The notes under the pieces are model-generated. The model had not been told where the DNA came from. It searched no databases and saw only the letters and a list, made by a program, of their open reading frames with translations. The translations under genes were made by a program, and so were the position numbers. This document shows, piece after piece, positions 12,064 to 23,905 of a stretch of 64,000 nucleotides of DNA. The first letter of the stretch is position 1. Each line of letters opens with the position of its first letter. This DNA comes from Eutreptiella sp. 'Long Island Sound 2002' (taxonomy: Eukaryota > Protista > Euglenida). The DNA is taken from contig OZ038379.1 in NCBI GenBank assembly GCA_964036045.1, forward strand, positions 22,692,001-22,756,000, written 5' to 3'.

Positions 12064-14778
12064 CAAATCCGTGGACGCTAAGTTGGCAACTGCTCCGAAG
12101 AAAAAAGTAATTTCTTCCTTTGTTGTGAAAAATTATACACGAGGGCTCGCACAAGACATTGTCCTTGGACGACCTTTTTGCTATCATTTGCTGTAGCATA
12201 TTTCACCGTGTGTTGCGACTTCGTGCGCTTGCTTTGTTGCGTCATGCACGAGGCCTCGCGCATAGAACGGGATCAAAGAATGTTTTTTTGTGGTCAGTCA
12301 GACGCAAACAATTGATGGTGGACAGTTGGTTTTGCAAAAAAAAAAACAACAATGACCAAAAATAGCTACCACATGTCATTTTTGGTAAAAAGCAAAAGAT
12401 TTTGCTGGAAAGAAAAGTTTTTTTCTTTCATTTGATTTCACCAAAAACAGACCAATATGGTGGAATTAATAGATTTTTTGCGAATTTGTGAGAGACCTGG
12501 TAAGCCCATTCCCCCAAAAACTATTTTTCGTACGTGTTGTAGCAGCGGATATTTTCACTCGTTTTGACCATGCAACTTGAGCCACCTAAGAATAATTTTT
12601 CACTGTCTTTGTGAACCTGTCCGATTTCCATGTTCACAAGTATTTTTGACCATGCAACTCGAGCCACCTAAGGTACTATCATGCTGTCCCTAGATGCAAC
12701 GAACAATGTGAATCATTGGTTTCTATTGCATGTTGCTTGTAGGGGCAGGGCAGGGACGTGGGGATAACGTTATTCGTAATTGTATTTTGTTTAGAAATTG
12801 TTCCTGAAGCGTTACTTTTTTTATATACACTTGCAGCGAATGTTTTTTAGAGCGCCATCTAAAATTTTAGTCACTTTGGCAATCTTTTCATATGTTTTGC
12901 ATTAAATTTTAGATATTCGTATATTTTTTTTTCACGTTTTACTATTTTTTAGCGCGTCTAAAAAGTATTTTCACATCTAAAAAAATATTTTCCCCACCAA
13001 GAGCCCCAACCAACCATCCCAATCTAAAAAAAAAGTTGGACCCAGATTCAGGGCCCAGGCCACGATTCTTACTTCCGATTGGGAGTCCATTGCGGGGGGG
13101 GGGGGGGGGCTGATTCTTCTTTCCAGGTAGGGAAGTCCATTGATATGCCCTTTGGGGAGGGGGGACAACTCAAAATATAACTTTTTGCCACAAACCTTTT
13201 TGTTGGCATTTTCTGGCATGTGCACCTGGTTGAAGGATTGTTTGGAATGCTTTGCACCTCTTGCATCTCTGTGATGGCTGTAGAGCTCACCTTGGCCACT
13301 TTTTTCGTAGCTTTCAATATTTGTGGAGATAGAAATATGGCAAATGGCACAAAACTGATGATACCCTGTAATTTACGGACAACGAAACCTGTTGGACATG
13401 GGTACATATGTTGCACAACAAAATTGCAAACATGCATCAGAAAACACTCAAATCCTTCAAATTGCACAGAAGAGTCCCGCAGCCACAGGTCTTTCTTCAT
13501 GCAGTCAGCAGGTGGGTCACACAAGGATGAGGGAAGGTTTGTTTAACTAAAACTCACAAGTGTTGTACATTTTGTGCATTGTTTTCTGGCCCTACGTTAG
13601 CAATACAATTATTTTGCTCCTCAAGGGGTGATACTGGTGTGCAGAAGCGTCTCAAAGTATTTTTTGGCCTTTTCAGGAGTGAAGCTAGAGTGTGGTTGTC
13701 TGGGGCTGTGCTGAGGGATTTCTAAAGGGGCCTAGGTCTGTGACAGGGTCTCAAGGTGCTTAGTTTTTGGCACATCCCGTTCGCTTGCGAATGGGGGTTG
13801 CACCTGTGGGCCTAAATAGGTGGGCTTGCACTTGAGTGATTCATATTGCACAGGGTGGTATCGGTTTGGCAGAATTACCTGTTCTTTTTTGTATATTTGC
13901 AGTGGCCCCAAGCACCCACCCGGCTGGGGGGGGGGGGGGTTGGTGGGCATGATTCTTATATCCGGATGGGGGTCCATTGACGTTGGAAGGGGTGGTGAGG
14001 GGGGTTATTTTTCGGACGCGGGTCCATTGACATGGGGGGGTCCATGGTGATCGGTCTCAGATACTGAGGGAATCAATGGTCAGATCGACTGCATGCCCCT
14101 GCCAATGCACTTACAGTCACAGCCACTGGGTGCCCCGGCGGTAATGCGGGGACGCGCAGTGCAAAAAGCCACAGGGTTAGAGGAAGCGGCACTTCCAGGT
14201 TACAGGTGGCCTTTGGGGGGTACTGTAGAAGCGAGATAGATGGGTGGAGTGGGGGGTGTGAAGCAACGGATACTCAGCTACCATATGACCCCCGTGACAC
14301 AGGTCATAGGTCATCGCCAACAACATTGTTCTGCTGCACTGCAGCACTGTTTGTTCACAGACATAGCATTGTTCGCTGGTCACCTCACTCTGCCCTCCCC
14401 ATGGCCCCGATTAGCTGTACCGACACCGCTTGGGCCAGTTCTCTGAGTTGTCCTCATTTAATTCCTCTGAAATGTGGGACCCCCCCGAGCAGTTTGAATC
14501 CGTGTCATACGAGTCAGGCATTTCCTGCAGTCCCAACTCCCCCCAGATATCCTGCACTGATTTTTGTTTCATGACACATTCATATGCCTTTCTCGCTCCC
14601 TTGGACGCCTTGGCGTCTGCACGCTCATTGGTGGAGTGGGTGGAGTGGGGGGAGGGGGGTGTGTTGCTGCGCCCATGTGCTCCTCATAGGCGGCCATGAA
14701 TCCCACTTACCAGTTACCTAAAGCAGCAAAGACAACAACCAACCAAAAACAAGTGCCCCCCCATTGGACCAACATTAC

Positions 14779-15158
14779 CAGGGCGGTCCTTACAGGGAAA
14801 AAAAAAGTGTTCCGTTAGACAGTTTTCCCAAAAAACCCGCGGGCACTCCATGCGTTCAACCATGGTTGGTGGCGGTTGGCGGTTGGCAGTTGGCAGTTGG
14901 CAACTGGCGGTTGGTGGCGGTTGGTGGTGGTTGGCGGTGGTTGGTGGTTGGTGATTGGTGGTTGGTGGCGGTCGGTAGTGGTTGGCGGTTGGTGGTTGGT
15001 CGCCGCTGGCAGTTGGCGGCGGGTGGTGGCGGTTGGTGGTTGGCGGTTGGTGGCGGATGGCGGTTGGAGTTGGCGGTTGGCAGTTGGTGGTCCCTTGGGG
15101 CGGTCCTTAAGGGCGGTCCTTAACAAAAAAAAATTCTGGTTCCTTAAGGACCGCCCTG
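14779..15158. mobile_element. hAT-type MITE with internal (GGCGGTT/GGTGGTT)n satellite
   Basis: Perfect 14-bp TIR CAGGGCGGTCCTTA / TAAGGACCGCCCTG; perfect 8-bp TSD AACATTAC at 14771-14778 and 15159-15166. Confidence 0.93.
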
Positions 15159-16777
15159 AACATTACTACCCTTCACAGGAGGGCGACGTCTTCATCATCA
15201 AAACGAAAATCTTAATACTTTCCGGATCCCATGATCCCGGAATTAAGAGGCCATAAATGCTGCAAACACCATGGATTGCACCTCTGGATACACAATGTGC
15301 GTGCAGGCAGACAGTACACTGAATGTTGGAAGGACAGGATGGGCCCGTGGGTATAGGGGGTAGCTCTTCCAAGAAAAAAAATTCCGATCTAATGCAGCTG
15401 TGGGCATGGGGGGATCGCTGTGTGTGTCTCAGTACGAACGGATTGCAGGAGCAGCAGGGCAGAGAACAAAATTTTCGACCAAGATCACAGACAAAATTTT
15501 GGGGTGGGGCGGTCAGGCCTAGGTAAGCGGGCAAAATCTTCTTACAGGCACCCAAGAAAGCTCTCAGGATCAAGGCCAATGCAACGACTGTCTCTTGAAG
15601 CGAAGATCCGGAGAAATAAATAAATTCAAAGTAACACCATTATTTATTGCATTCATGGCAGGGTTACATCTGCAATTCATTGCGCAGCCGGCGGCCTTTG
15701 GCCTGGGGTAGGGCTCCGTACATCAACAGAAACAAAGAAGGCCATTCATAGAAATGCAATAAGAAAGAAAATTCTTGAAAACTGCAAAACTTGTCCGAGT
15801 GAAAAGATAGAGAGTGCTGCTCTTCAGATGGGGAGGTGCAAGGGACCCCTTTGAGTTCATTGAACCGCCAGTGTGCCCTGCGCACAAAATGTGTGGCCGG
15901 CTGACCGGCATCCCAGGACCGTTCTCTGGGCACGGGACTACGGGCCATCAGGTATGCTCGGTGCAACAAAGGGTTCATGGCTTGGAGAACCAGGAAGGGG
16001 GCTGGGGGTGCGAGTGGAACCACTGAGGGCACAAAGCCAGTTCTAGTCAGCATTTCCCGGCACTCAAACTGTCGTGGGTACAGGACACAAAGGCATACGG
16101 TCACTGGGAGCAAGGCATCCAGCCACCCCCCCCCCCCCCCGCCCCTGTAGCACAGCAGTCCGCCAGGAACGGGCGAAATTGGTTCTCTCGGAGGAGGCAA
16201 AACTTACCCGCAGGCCATTGCTTAGTGACCCCAGGGCCGCAAGCAGGTCACAAAGCGCTCCACATGCACGTCCTAGTATGCATATGCAGCAATGTTCGGC
16301 AGTTCATTCGAGATCATAACTATGATACACTCTGGTGTTCCACTGAACCATTGTAGTCTACCTTTTGGCCGGTTTTATTCAACACCCTGGTGTTTACATC
16401 GAACAGTACAGGTCGGGCGCCCATTGGCTGACTGCATTCCTACTCACCTTGCTTTCGCTGGCTCTACTCGGCCAAGTGAGGTCAGTTTGCACTCTGCTTT
16501 TGGGGAAGGGTGGGAAGGAAATTCGCTGGGGTGTGTGGGCCAAACGCATGGCCTGTGGGTTCAGGCCAGGCTAATTAGAATCCATGTCTGGCGTTTGACA
16601 TCCAGATGCATAAGACAATCTGTTTCTGTCGTAACCATGATGGTGTGAGCTGGCTTCCATACTCGGGGTGTTCAGCCGCCGCCGAAGGAGGGGCTGGGCA
16701 GGTGTTTTTAGGGCGATTAACCCAGAGCCATCCACATATCTTCAGTGACCCGGGGGGGGGGGGGTTAAGCTTGGGCC

Positions 16778-16808
<31 letters not shown>

Positions 16809-16899
16809 ACCCTACTGCCCGGGGGGGGGGGGGGGACCCTCCACCCACAGTCACATACAAGCACTTGATTGAGAAGCCCCCGTTGGCTGTAGTTCAGAG

Positions 16900-17345
16900 G
16901 AAGGACGCCACGCCATTCGGGTGCTTTTTGTCCCCGATAACCCAGAATGTTTTCTTGGCAGTGCTCATGAAGGTGCCTCAGTCACACCGTGCTCTGCACG
17001 CTGAGGTAGACGTGTCGCCCACACCCCTGGAGCCCATTCTGTGACAGATAAAGGGCCACGGCTCTCACAGCTCAAAAAAGAAAAGAGGCGCATACATGTG
17101 CACACTGGCAGGCTGGCGAGACGCCCCACAGGGCAATCACAGTAAAGCTGTGCATGGCCTGAGCGCTCACAGCTGATGGCAACACACTCCGGGAAGGATG
17201 AGAGGCCCAAAACAGTGGCAGGCACACGATAAAAGCAGGACTGCCCGGTGCCAAGAGGTCAGCATTCCTTGCCATGTGTAGTGTGGAAACCAAAGGACGT
17301 AAAACATAGTCACACTGAGCCCTGCTGCCCACTCTTATACCCAAC
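16900..17345 (+). pseudogene. Possible very old retroelement RT fragment
   Basis: Stop-riddled reading HRAITVKLCMA..., resembling the RPI(T/S)L-type RT motif region; weak. Confidence 0.2.
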
Positions 17346-17360
17346 CTTGGCTAAGTGTTT

Positions 17361-17430
17361 GCACTGCGTGCGCACTGCGAGCGCACTGCGTGTGCACTGC
17401 GTGCGCACTGCGTGCATATTGCGCACGCAG
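17361..17430. repeat. 11-mer tandem array (GCGCACTGCGT)n; second copy at 18015-18062
   Basis: About 5 and 4 units read directly; the two arrays flank the orphan exon at 17447-17877. Confidence 0.85.
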
Positions 17431-17446
17431 AGGCTAGGATACTCAC

Positions 17447-17877
17447 CCAAGAATACCTGTCACCTGTTTGATAGAGGGAAGTCTGAAAGGTGTCAATACC
17501 ATAGGGTTGGCCAAGTGTCCATCGATACTTCTGGTTGTAGTTATAACCAACAGCATCGTCGAAGAAGAACTGTCCGGTCTTGGTGTCGACTCGCCACCAT
17601 CGAGTATCGGCGATCGAGAGCCTTCGAGCGACGATGACCACGTTGACTTCTCTGCAGTTGTGGACGTGGCCATACCGATCGATGATCTTGAGCATCTCGG
17701 TTCGAGAATCACCTTGAAGTCGACCAAGGTTTTGGTGCACGTACTATCTGTCGGGAAGAGTACTCTGCAGGGCGAATTGAACCGCCTCTACGGATACGAG
17801 GCTCGCTGCAGTGTCGGCAATGACGACGTCGAGATCCGGGTCGTGTCGACTGTATACACTTTGTCGATGGGCCTCTT
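17447..17877 (-). pseudogene. Orphan 431-bp spliced exon, unknown protein, one in-frame TAG
   Basis: Polypyrimidine acceptor tttccccctAG before 17877 and donor GTGAGT after 17447. Frame is open for 143 codons except TAG at 17746-17744 (…VVIADTAASLVSVEAVQFAL…RWWRVDTKTGQFFFDDAVGYNYNQKYRW…). Confidence 0.6.
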
Positions 17878-18129
17878 CTAGGGGGAAATGGTTGACAATT
17901 CAAATATGCCACATCCTAAATGCTTGGGAAGCCGGAAAACCCCTGGTACGGAACCAAAAACTTGTGAAAAGGGGCCAAAACTAGGGTTCGAGTATTTGCC
18001 GACATCCAAAACTTCGCACTGTGTGCGCACTGCGTGCGCACTGCGTGCACACTGCGTGCATGGCATTCCCCTTGTTAAATCCATTGGCCAGCCATTTGTG
18101 ATGCTACAGCCCCTATGACCGCTTTTGGG

Positions 18130-18560
18130 CAACATTTCATGGCACCGCCGTGCTACACCGACCGGACCCCAGCCGCACTGCACGCCTGCACTGCGCATGA
18201 GACACCCTCCATGAAGTGTATCACTGAGAGAGCTCCCCATCAGCAGAAGAGGACGAGCTTGAAGACGCAGCCGATGGTTAAATTCCTTTATTCCTTGAGG
18301 CGGTTGATAGCAGGTGCAGAAGCGCTTTCGACCACCGGGTAGTCGTTCGACAAGACGGTTGTCGGAAAGGGGGGTGGGAGGGCACACTTCCCACACCCGC
18401 CATGGCATTGGCACCGAAAATATGGGGCCGAGGGGGGAGGGCATTGTCCGGGCACCGCTTGGAGGACTTGGGGCCACTTTGCCAGGTGTTAACGTCCACA
18501 GGATTGGGGTGCTCGGAAATGCTTTGTTCGGGTAGCTGGCGAGTCTGCAGAGCCCTATTA
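18130..18560 (-). pseudogene. Possible decayed pre-SET/SET-domain fragment
   Basis: CQCHGGCGKC; YPVVE followed by a frameshift to RFCTCY; then RNLTIGCVFKLVLF..WGALSVIHFMEG, whose spacing matches SUV39/SUVH NRxxQxGxxFxLxVF...GWGxRSxxxIxxG. Confidence 0.25.
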
Positions 18561-21513
18561 CCCCCCGATCCCTGATCCTTCATATCAGCTTTGGTAAAGA
18601 TACTCCATCCTGGCAAAGGCAAACCCAGAGACCATTGCATCAGCGGTCCTACTTTTCAACATCCAACACCCACAGACCTAAACAGACCACCAGCTCTTTC
18701 CACGATGACCTGACTCCCCTCCCCCTGCCCTTCCCTCAACTTGTTTAATTACTGAATCTTCGCTTGTGGCCCACCCCGCAGCAGAGCAGGTCGGACAAAC
18801 TTGAGAGTGTGTATTGTGCAGAGTGCCAATAGTGTGCAGCGTGCAGTGTGCAGGAAACATGGTGATGCCGTGGGTGGTGTCCACAGTGCGCCGTGTGCAT
18901 TGTGCGAAGTGGACGTTGTGCAGTGTACAAAGTGCGCAGTGTATAGTGTCATCAGGTCATCTCGGAGTTCCTGTGCGTGCCGCGGGGCAATATCTTCCCT
19001 GATGGCTTTTGCATGGTTGCTGATATTTTCTGGTGGCTTCTGGCTGCTTCCGGCGGATGCTTGTTTGAGGAGAATACACAATACCATAATGAAGCTTGAT
19101 GCTTTTCATGCCCCCCCTTGAGGAAAATGTTCACAGCCTCAGCATGCTGGACATCTCCCCACTTCAACCATGGCTGCAGTTGAGGGTGCCCATGGGAATG
19201 CTCACAGCGCTTGTGAAAGAGTGCTGGGGCTGGTCACCAACTGACTGAACTTCCGACTTTGCAAGTATAACCTCAACAAAACATGTGGTTGTGTCTCCAC
19301 ATCAGTGGGGGGCGAGGGAGCAGTAAAGAGAATCCCTGTTGTATGCAGGCAAAACAGGATAGGAGGCACCCGTGGCGCCGGCCTCAGGCTTGAACATATT
19401 CAAGTGGAGGTGATAGCTGACCCGAGGGGGGGGTCTATGTGGGGAGAAGTGGAGGAACCAAAGCACTCGAGGAGTATTTCGGGATCGAGGATGAGAGCTG
19501 ACCCATGCTGACCAAAACAGCGTGGTAGTGGACATAACAAACAGTAGAGCACGCAGTGAGGCAAAGCCAAACCTGATACACGTGCAAGTTTGCTGGCGAA
19601 TGTGTCATTCGCATGGCTGCCAGTTGATTTCCCCCCTCGGCGCACAGGGCCAGGAATGGCTGTCTGAGAATTTAGACGTTGCAGGATGACGGAAACGGTG
19701 ATATTCCAGCAGCCACAGGTGCCACATTTAGACATCTCCGTGACATTTTTGTAACCTGTCACTAACCTGTCACTGGGAACATCAGCGGCTCAATGGCGGC
19801 CCAGGGTATCCGACCCCCCCCCCCCCCTGCGCAAGCACGCTGAAAGTCAGGAAAACGACGGTCAGACGGGGTCCCGTGCTCAGCCATATTCCTACAATGG
19901 TCGTCACCCTCCTGCATCACACCGGTAGCATCTCAGTGCGCAAACGCGATGAAGCCGCGGTCACAGTCCTGTCCAAATGCGGCAGAGCCACAGCTGGTGA
20001 CTGCAACTTTAGTCGCCCGGCTAACTGACGATTAGCCCTGTCCCCCAAGCCGACATTTCCGCCGCCGCTGCTCATCACTCACATCCATGCTAAATCCTGA
20101 CCCCTCAGTTGAGTCCTCCAACCTTACGGTCCCACAAAGTCTTGAACAACTGCACATGTTCCCCATCAGCGACAGCGACAGGGATGGATGCACTGGCTGC
20201 AGCAGGCTTTGCTGCAGCCTGCTTTCCACGTTTGGCTGCAGGTTTCGGTGCAGGTTTAGCAACTGTTGGAGCTTCCAGCTTTTTGGGAATCCACTTTGCC
20301 TCCGGGATGTTCCGGGTGAAATACAACTTGTCCCCAAAGGTGTGCCCCAACCCCCAGGTTCCCCGCGCAGATTTTTTGGAACTAGGCAGTGACCCCGAAG
20401 GAACTCTGAGCTATTGCACGTGTGCACAAGAGGCAGTCAGCACAAAGCGCAGAAAGAAATTTGGCTTGTCAGTGGCCTACAAGACCATAGGTACCTTTCT
20501 GGGGGGGCTGGACATGGGGGGGGCGAGGGTACATGGCCAGACCGCAAAAGCGCAGAATGGCTGTCCAACAAGCCCGTCATTCGTTAAGAATAGCCCCGCA
20601 TCGAGGTGGATGCAATCTTGGATCAGCAGTCGAGCTTGAAACAGAAGAGTCAGTCAGTCAGGCAGCGGCCAAGTACCAGACCAATACCATCTCAACATGG
20701 CGTGTCGTTTGGACAAGTCGGAGCTTGCACACGGCTCAAAAAGAGAAATGTCCATAGTGTGTTCATTCATACAACAGCCACACGGAAACCGTAGCATCTG
20801 GAAATGGCGCAAGCAACACCAAAAACCTCAAATTCGCTGCCTACAAACAGAAAATTTTGAGAAATGCGCGAAAAAAACCAGAAACCAAACCATCAATTTA
20901 GTCAATTTTTTGTGCGAACTAGTGAACTTTGTACAGTAGCCGCGGGTCATGTGGTTTAGACAAGGTGGGGCTTGGTCAGGACTGGACGAGGTTGCACTGT
21001 TAGTGCATGAGCGGCGAAGCCATGACAAACAATTGTGCGGGTATACGAACCGCACCAGAGGCGCCGACAGCGATTGCTTGGGTCATAGAACAACGATAGT
21101 CGTCACCCTCCGGAATCACTCCGGCATGCATCGCATCACGTAGTCAGTAAAGCGGCACATCAGCGTAACAGATCAACAGCAAGGTGCCGTTAGGCGCCCC
21201 CACACGTTGCCCCTACTGTCCAGCAATGCACTGTTCTTTGCGCATCCAGTCATGAGGCACAAGGTCAGCAAGGCGCCTTTAGGCGCCATCACAGCTTACG
21301 CCCTCTCTTCAGTACCCTACACTGCTTGTGTTTCTTGTTTGATGTTGTACGTATTCCCCACATCCCAAGCGTGCACTCAAAGCTGAACAACATCGAATTT
21401 GGGGTTGGCGAGCCACGGCCACAAAAACTCAGTGAGTCTGAGGAACCAAGAACACTGTAGCATAGATTAAACTGATATCCGCTGATATCCGTGCTGTAGT
21501 CTGTGCCCCACCC

Positions 21514-22333
21514 CAGGGTGTTGCTTGAGCGGAGGGGGGAGGGGGGGAGGGGGTCTAGGGGAGGGAGGGAGGGGGTCCACAGGGGGGACCCCCCCCCCTG
21601 CCAGAATGAACCATATCAACCAGGAATTGCAAAAATGCACCACATTGACCCATTCAGCATATACATTTGTCATAGTGTCTGAACACAGGTACTCAAATCA
21701 TCTTTTTGGGTCCATACATTGTGCCCTCACCTGAACACCACCCGGCAACACAAACAGGAAACACGGTGGAATGCTCATTGTTATCAAATCGTTTGCCGAA
21801 GATCAATCAGATTTGGACTCACCTGAGCCGGGCTCACCAATGTCATCCTCTTCTGAACTGGAGAGGAACCAGAAGAATCTGAGTTGGATGACGAGTCCCT
21901 GCTTGGGGCAGACACATCATGGAGTGTTCAGAAAAAGTGTGGAACATGCTTTCCGTGACACATTGTATGCCTCTTGCCTTTTCTTCCCAGTCCATCTATC
22001 TTGGAAGCGAAAATAGAGGATCGCGTTTACAACATCATTGCGTTTTGCGCGGGGACACGGTTGGACCGGGGTGCTGAAGAACGCACTTATGGGACACTGG
22101 GACATGGTGTCTACAACAGAGGGAAGAAAGGACACAATGGAGTGACCAAAGAACCCTGCAATAGGTGCGCCGAAGGCGCGGGAGGAAAAAATTGGCCCAA
22201 ACGAAAAAACGTTCCCCGAACCCTGATTCTCAGGTGAATTAGAGCGGAGGGGGGAGGGGGTCTAAGGGAGGGAGGGAGGGGGTCCAGGGGGGAGCCCCCC
22301 CCCCTGCCGGAATGAAATTAAAGCAACACCCTG
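21514..22333. mobile_element. Non-autonomous TIR element with internal ~85-bp direct repeat and ~630-bp cargo
   Basis: 13-bp TIR CAGGGTGTTGCTT / AAGCAACACCCTG; TSD GCCCCACCC (9 bp) at 21505-21513 and 22334-22342. Block GAGCGGAGGG...CTGCC(A/G)GAATGAA occurs at about 21527-21610 and about 22243-22316. Confidence 0.85.
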
Positions 22334-22699
22334 GCCCCACCCGCACACAAGTGCAACCCTTTTCCTCCATCCTCCATCCATTTCACTCACATCCATGCTA
22401 AACTGAGAGTCCTCTGTCCCTCTGTCATACATTGCTGGCTCTGCACCACTGAAGTTCCTGGTGCCTCCTGACTCCCCCGCCTCCCATTCTGGCATTATCA
22501 AGCTTATGAGGTACTTTTCACAGGGAGTTACAGGATTGATTGACCTAGAGACTTGAGGGGATGTTTTGGATCCATCTGGGCACCACAACCCCTGTTGAGA
22601 CCCGTGTTATCACATTGGTTGGCAAGGTCATACCTCTAACCTTACGGGCAGTGAGAAGCTACTGTTTTTGTCCAGGGAGACGAAAGCGCCTGTAGCCCC

Positions 22700-23905
22700 A
22701 GACACTCCGGACGCACACTAGGCCGGTCATCATTGGGGCGTAGCGTCCAACCCTTTTGCCACCATGCAGTCAGCCTGCTGACACTCTCAGGTGGGACAGT
22801 GCCCACCATAATTGCACAACCCCCCTTAGATGCCATGCCACTGCATGAATGTATACAGAACAGTACGCGCTGCGTGGTGTCGGGACCAGCCCAGACATGT
22901 GCTGGCGGCATAGCGGAACGCACGAATCGCAGGTCAGAGCACAAAAGCAGGCAAACGGTGCCCACTGGTGCCCTCAACGGTCCTAAGGAGAGGCTCAGTG
23001 GCACCACGACAATCGAGGTGCGTTACTGCTGGGGGCAGTTGCGGGGCAGCTGGTTTGTGTCTCAGCGAGACAATCTCACCAGCGAGAAAGGGCACATACA
23101 AGAGATCTGGTCAACATCAAACGGAGTGTTTCTTGGGTACGTGCTTCCCGACTCGTATATCCCCCCGTTGTTCTCGGCCCCTCTCCTTTCCATCTCATCC
23201 TTTCCGTTTTTGGAAGTGTTCGTGCCATCCGACCATGACGAAAGCCTACGGCCCAATTCATCCCTTTGAAGGATGGACAAATGCTGAACAGACTTGCCAC
23301 TGACGTCCGCCAGTCAGGCATGATCAGAAGGAGCTGGTTCCTTCTCAGGCGAACACGGGAGGCAGCCGCTTCCTACCGAATTTCCAGCACGGCAGCAGCG
23401 GATATGATGGTACGGGGCTGATTCCTGACAAAACTCAGTTCCGCTGTCGGACACAAAATCTGACAAGCTACGCCCCTGCGTCTAAGAGCCATCCCCCAGT
23501 GGCACCTCGGGGAGGCAACCCGCTGACTTTGCGGATCTCAACCATCCCGTGGAGCAGCTGGAGTACGAACACGCTCACGCCCTGCAGCGGATGGCTGAGC
23601 TGGAGTCTTGGCTCGGAGAACGCAGGGGGCGATCAAGCACCTGTACCCCCGCCCCCTCCCAAACAAGCACGGTCGTGTACCCCTGGCAATTCCTGCCGGG
23701 AGGAGAACCAGACGCAGCGGAGCGTGTTGGGGCGGCAGTACGGCCAGGTGACGGGCGGGGTCTCCGGGTGGCCTTGCAAATGGCGGGGGGACCTGGTGAT
23801 GCAGGGTGCGGACCCAATGATGAGGCAGACGGTCGCCGCAGTGATCGCCTTTCCTGTGCTGCCAACCGCTGACAGCAGGAATGAGAGTGGGGCCAGTGTG
23901 TGAGT
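22700..23905 (+). pseudogene. Decayed coding-like region (possible host-gene remnant with coiled-coil segment)
   Basis: Fragments such as HPVEQLEYEHAHALQRMAELESWLGERR in shifting frames; donor-like GGGTACGT near 23136 and GTGAGT near 23900. No family recognised. Confidence 0.25.

Noticed and set aside
14764-15256. Trp/Gly-rich or Thr/Pro-rich ORFs
   Set aside because: Translations of the GGCGGTT satellite inside the hAT MITE.
18900-19300. hAT dimerization-domain remnant on the minus strand
   Set aside because: Only vague motif resemblance across several frames; not supportable.
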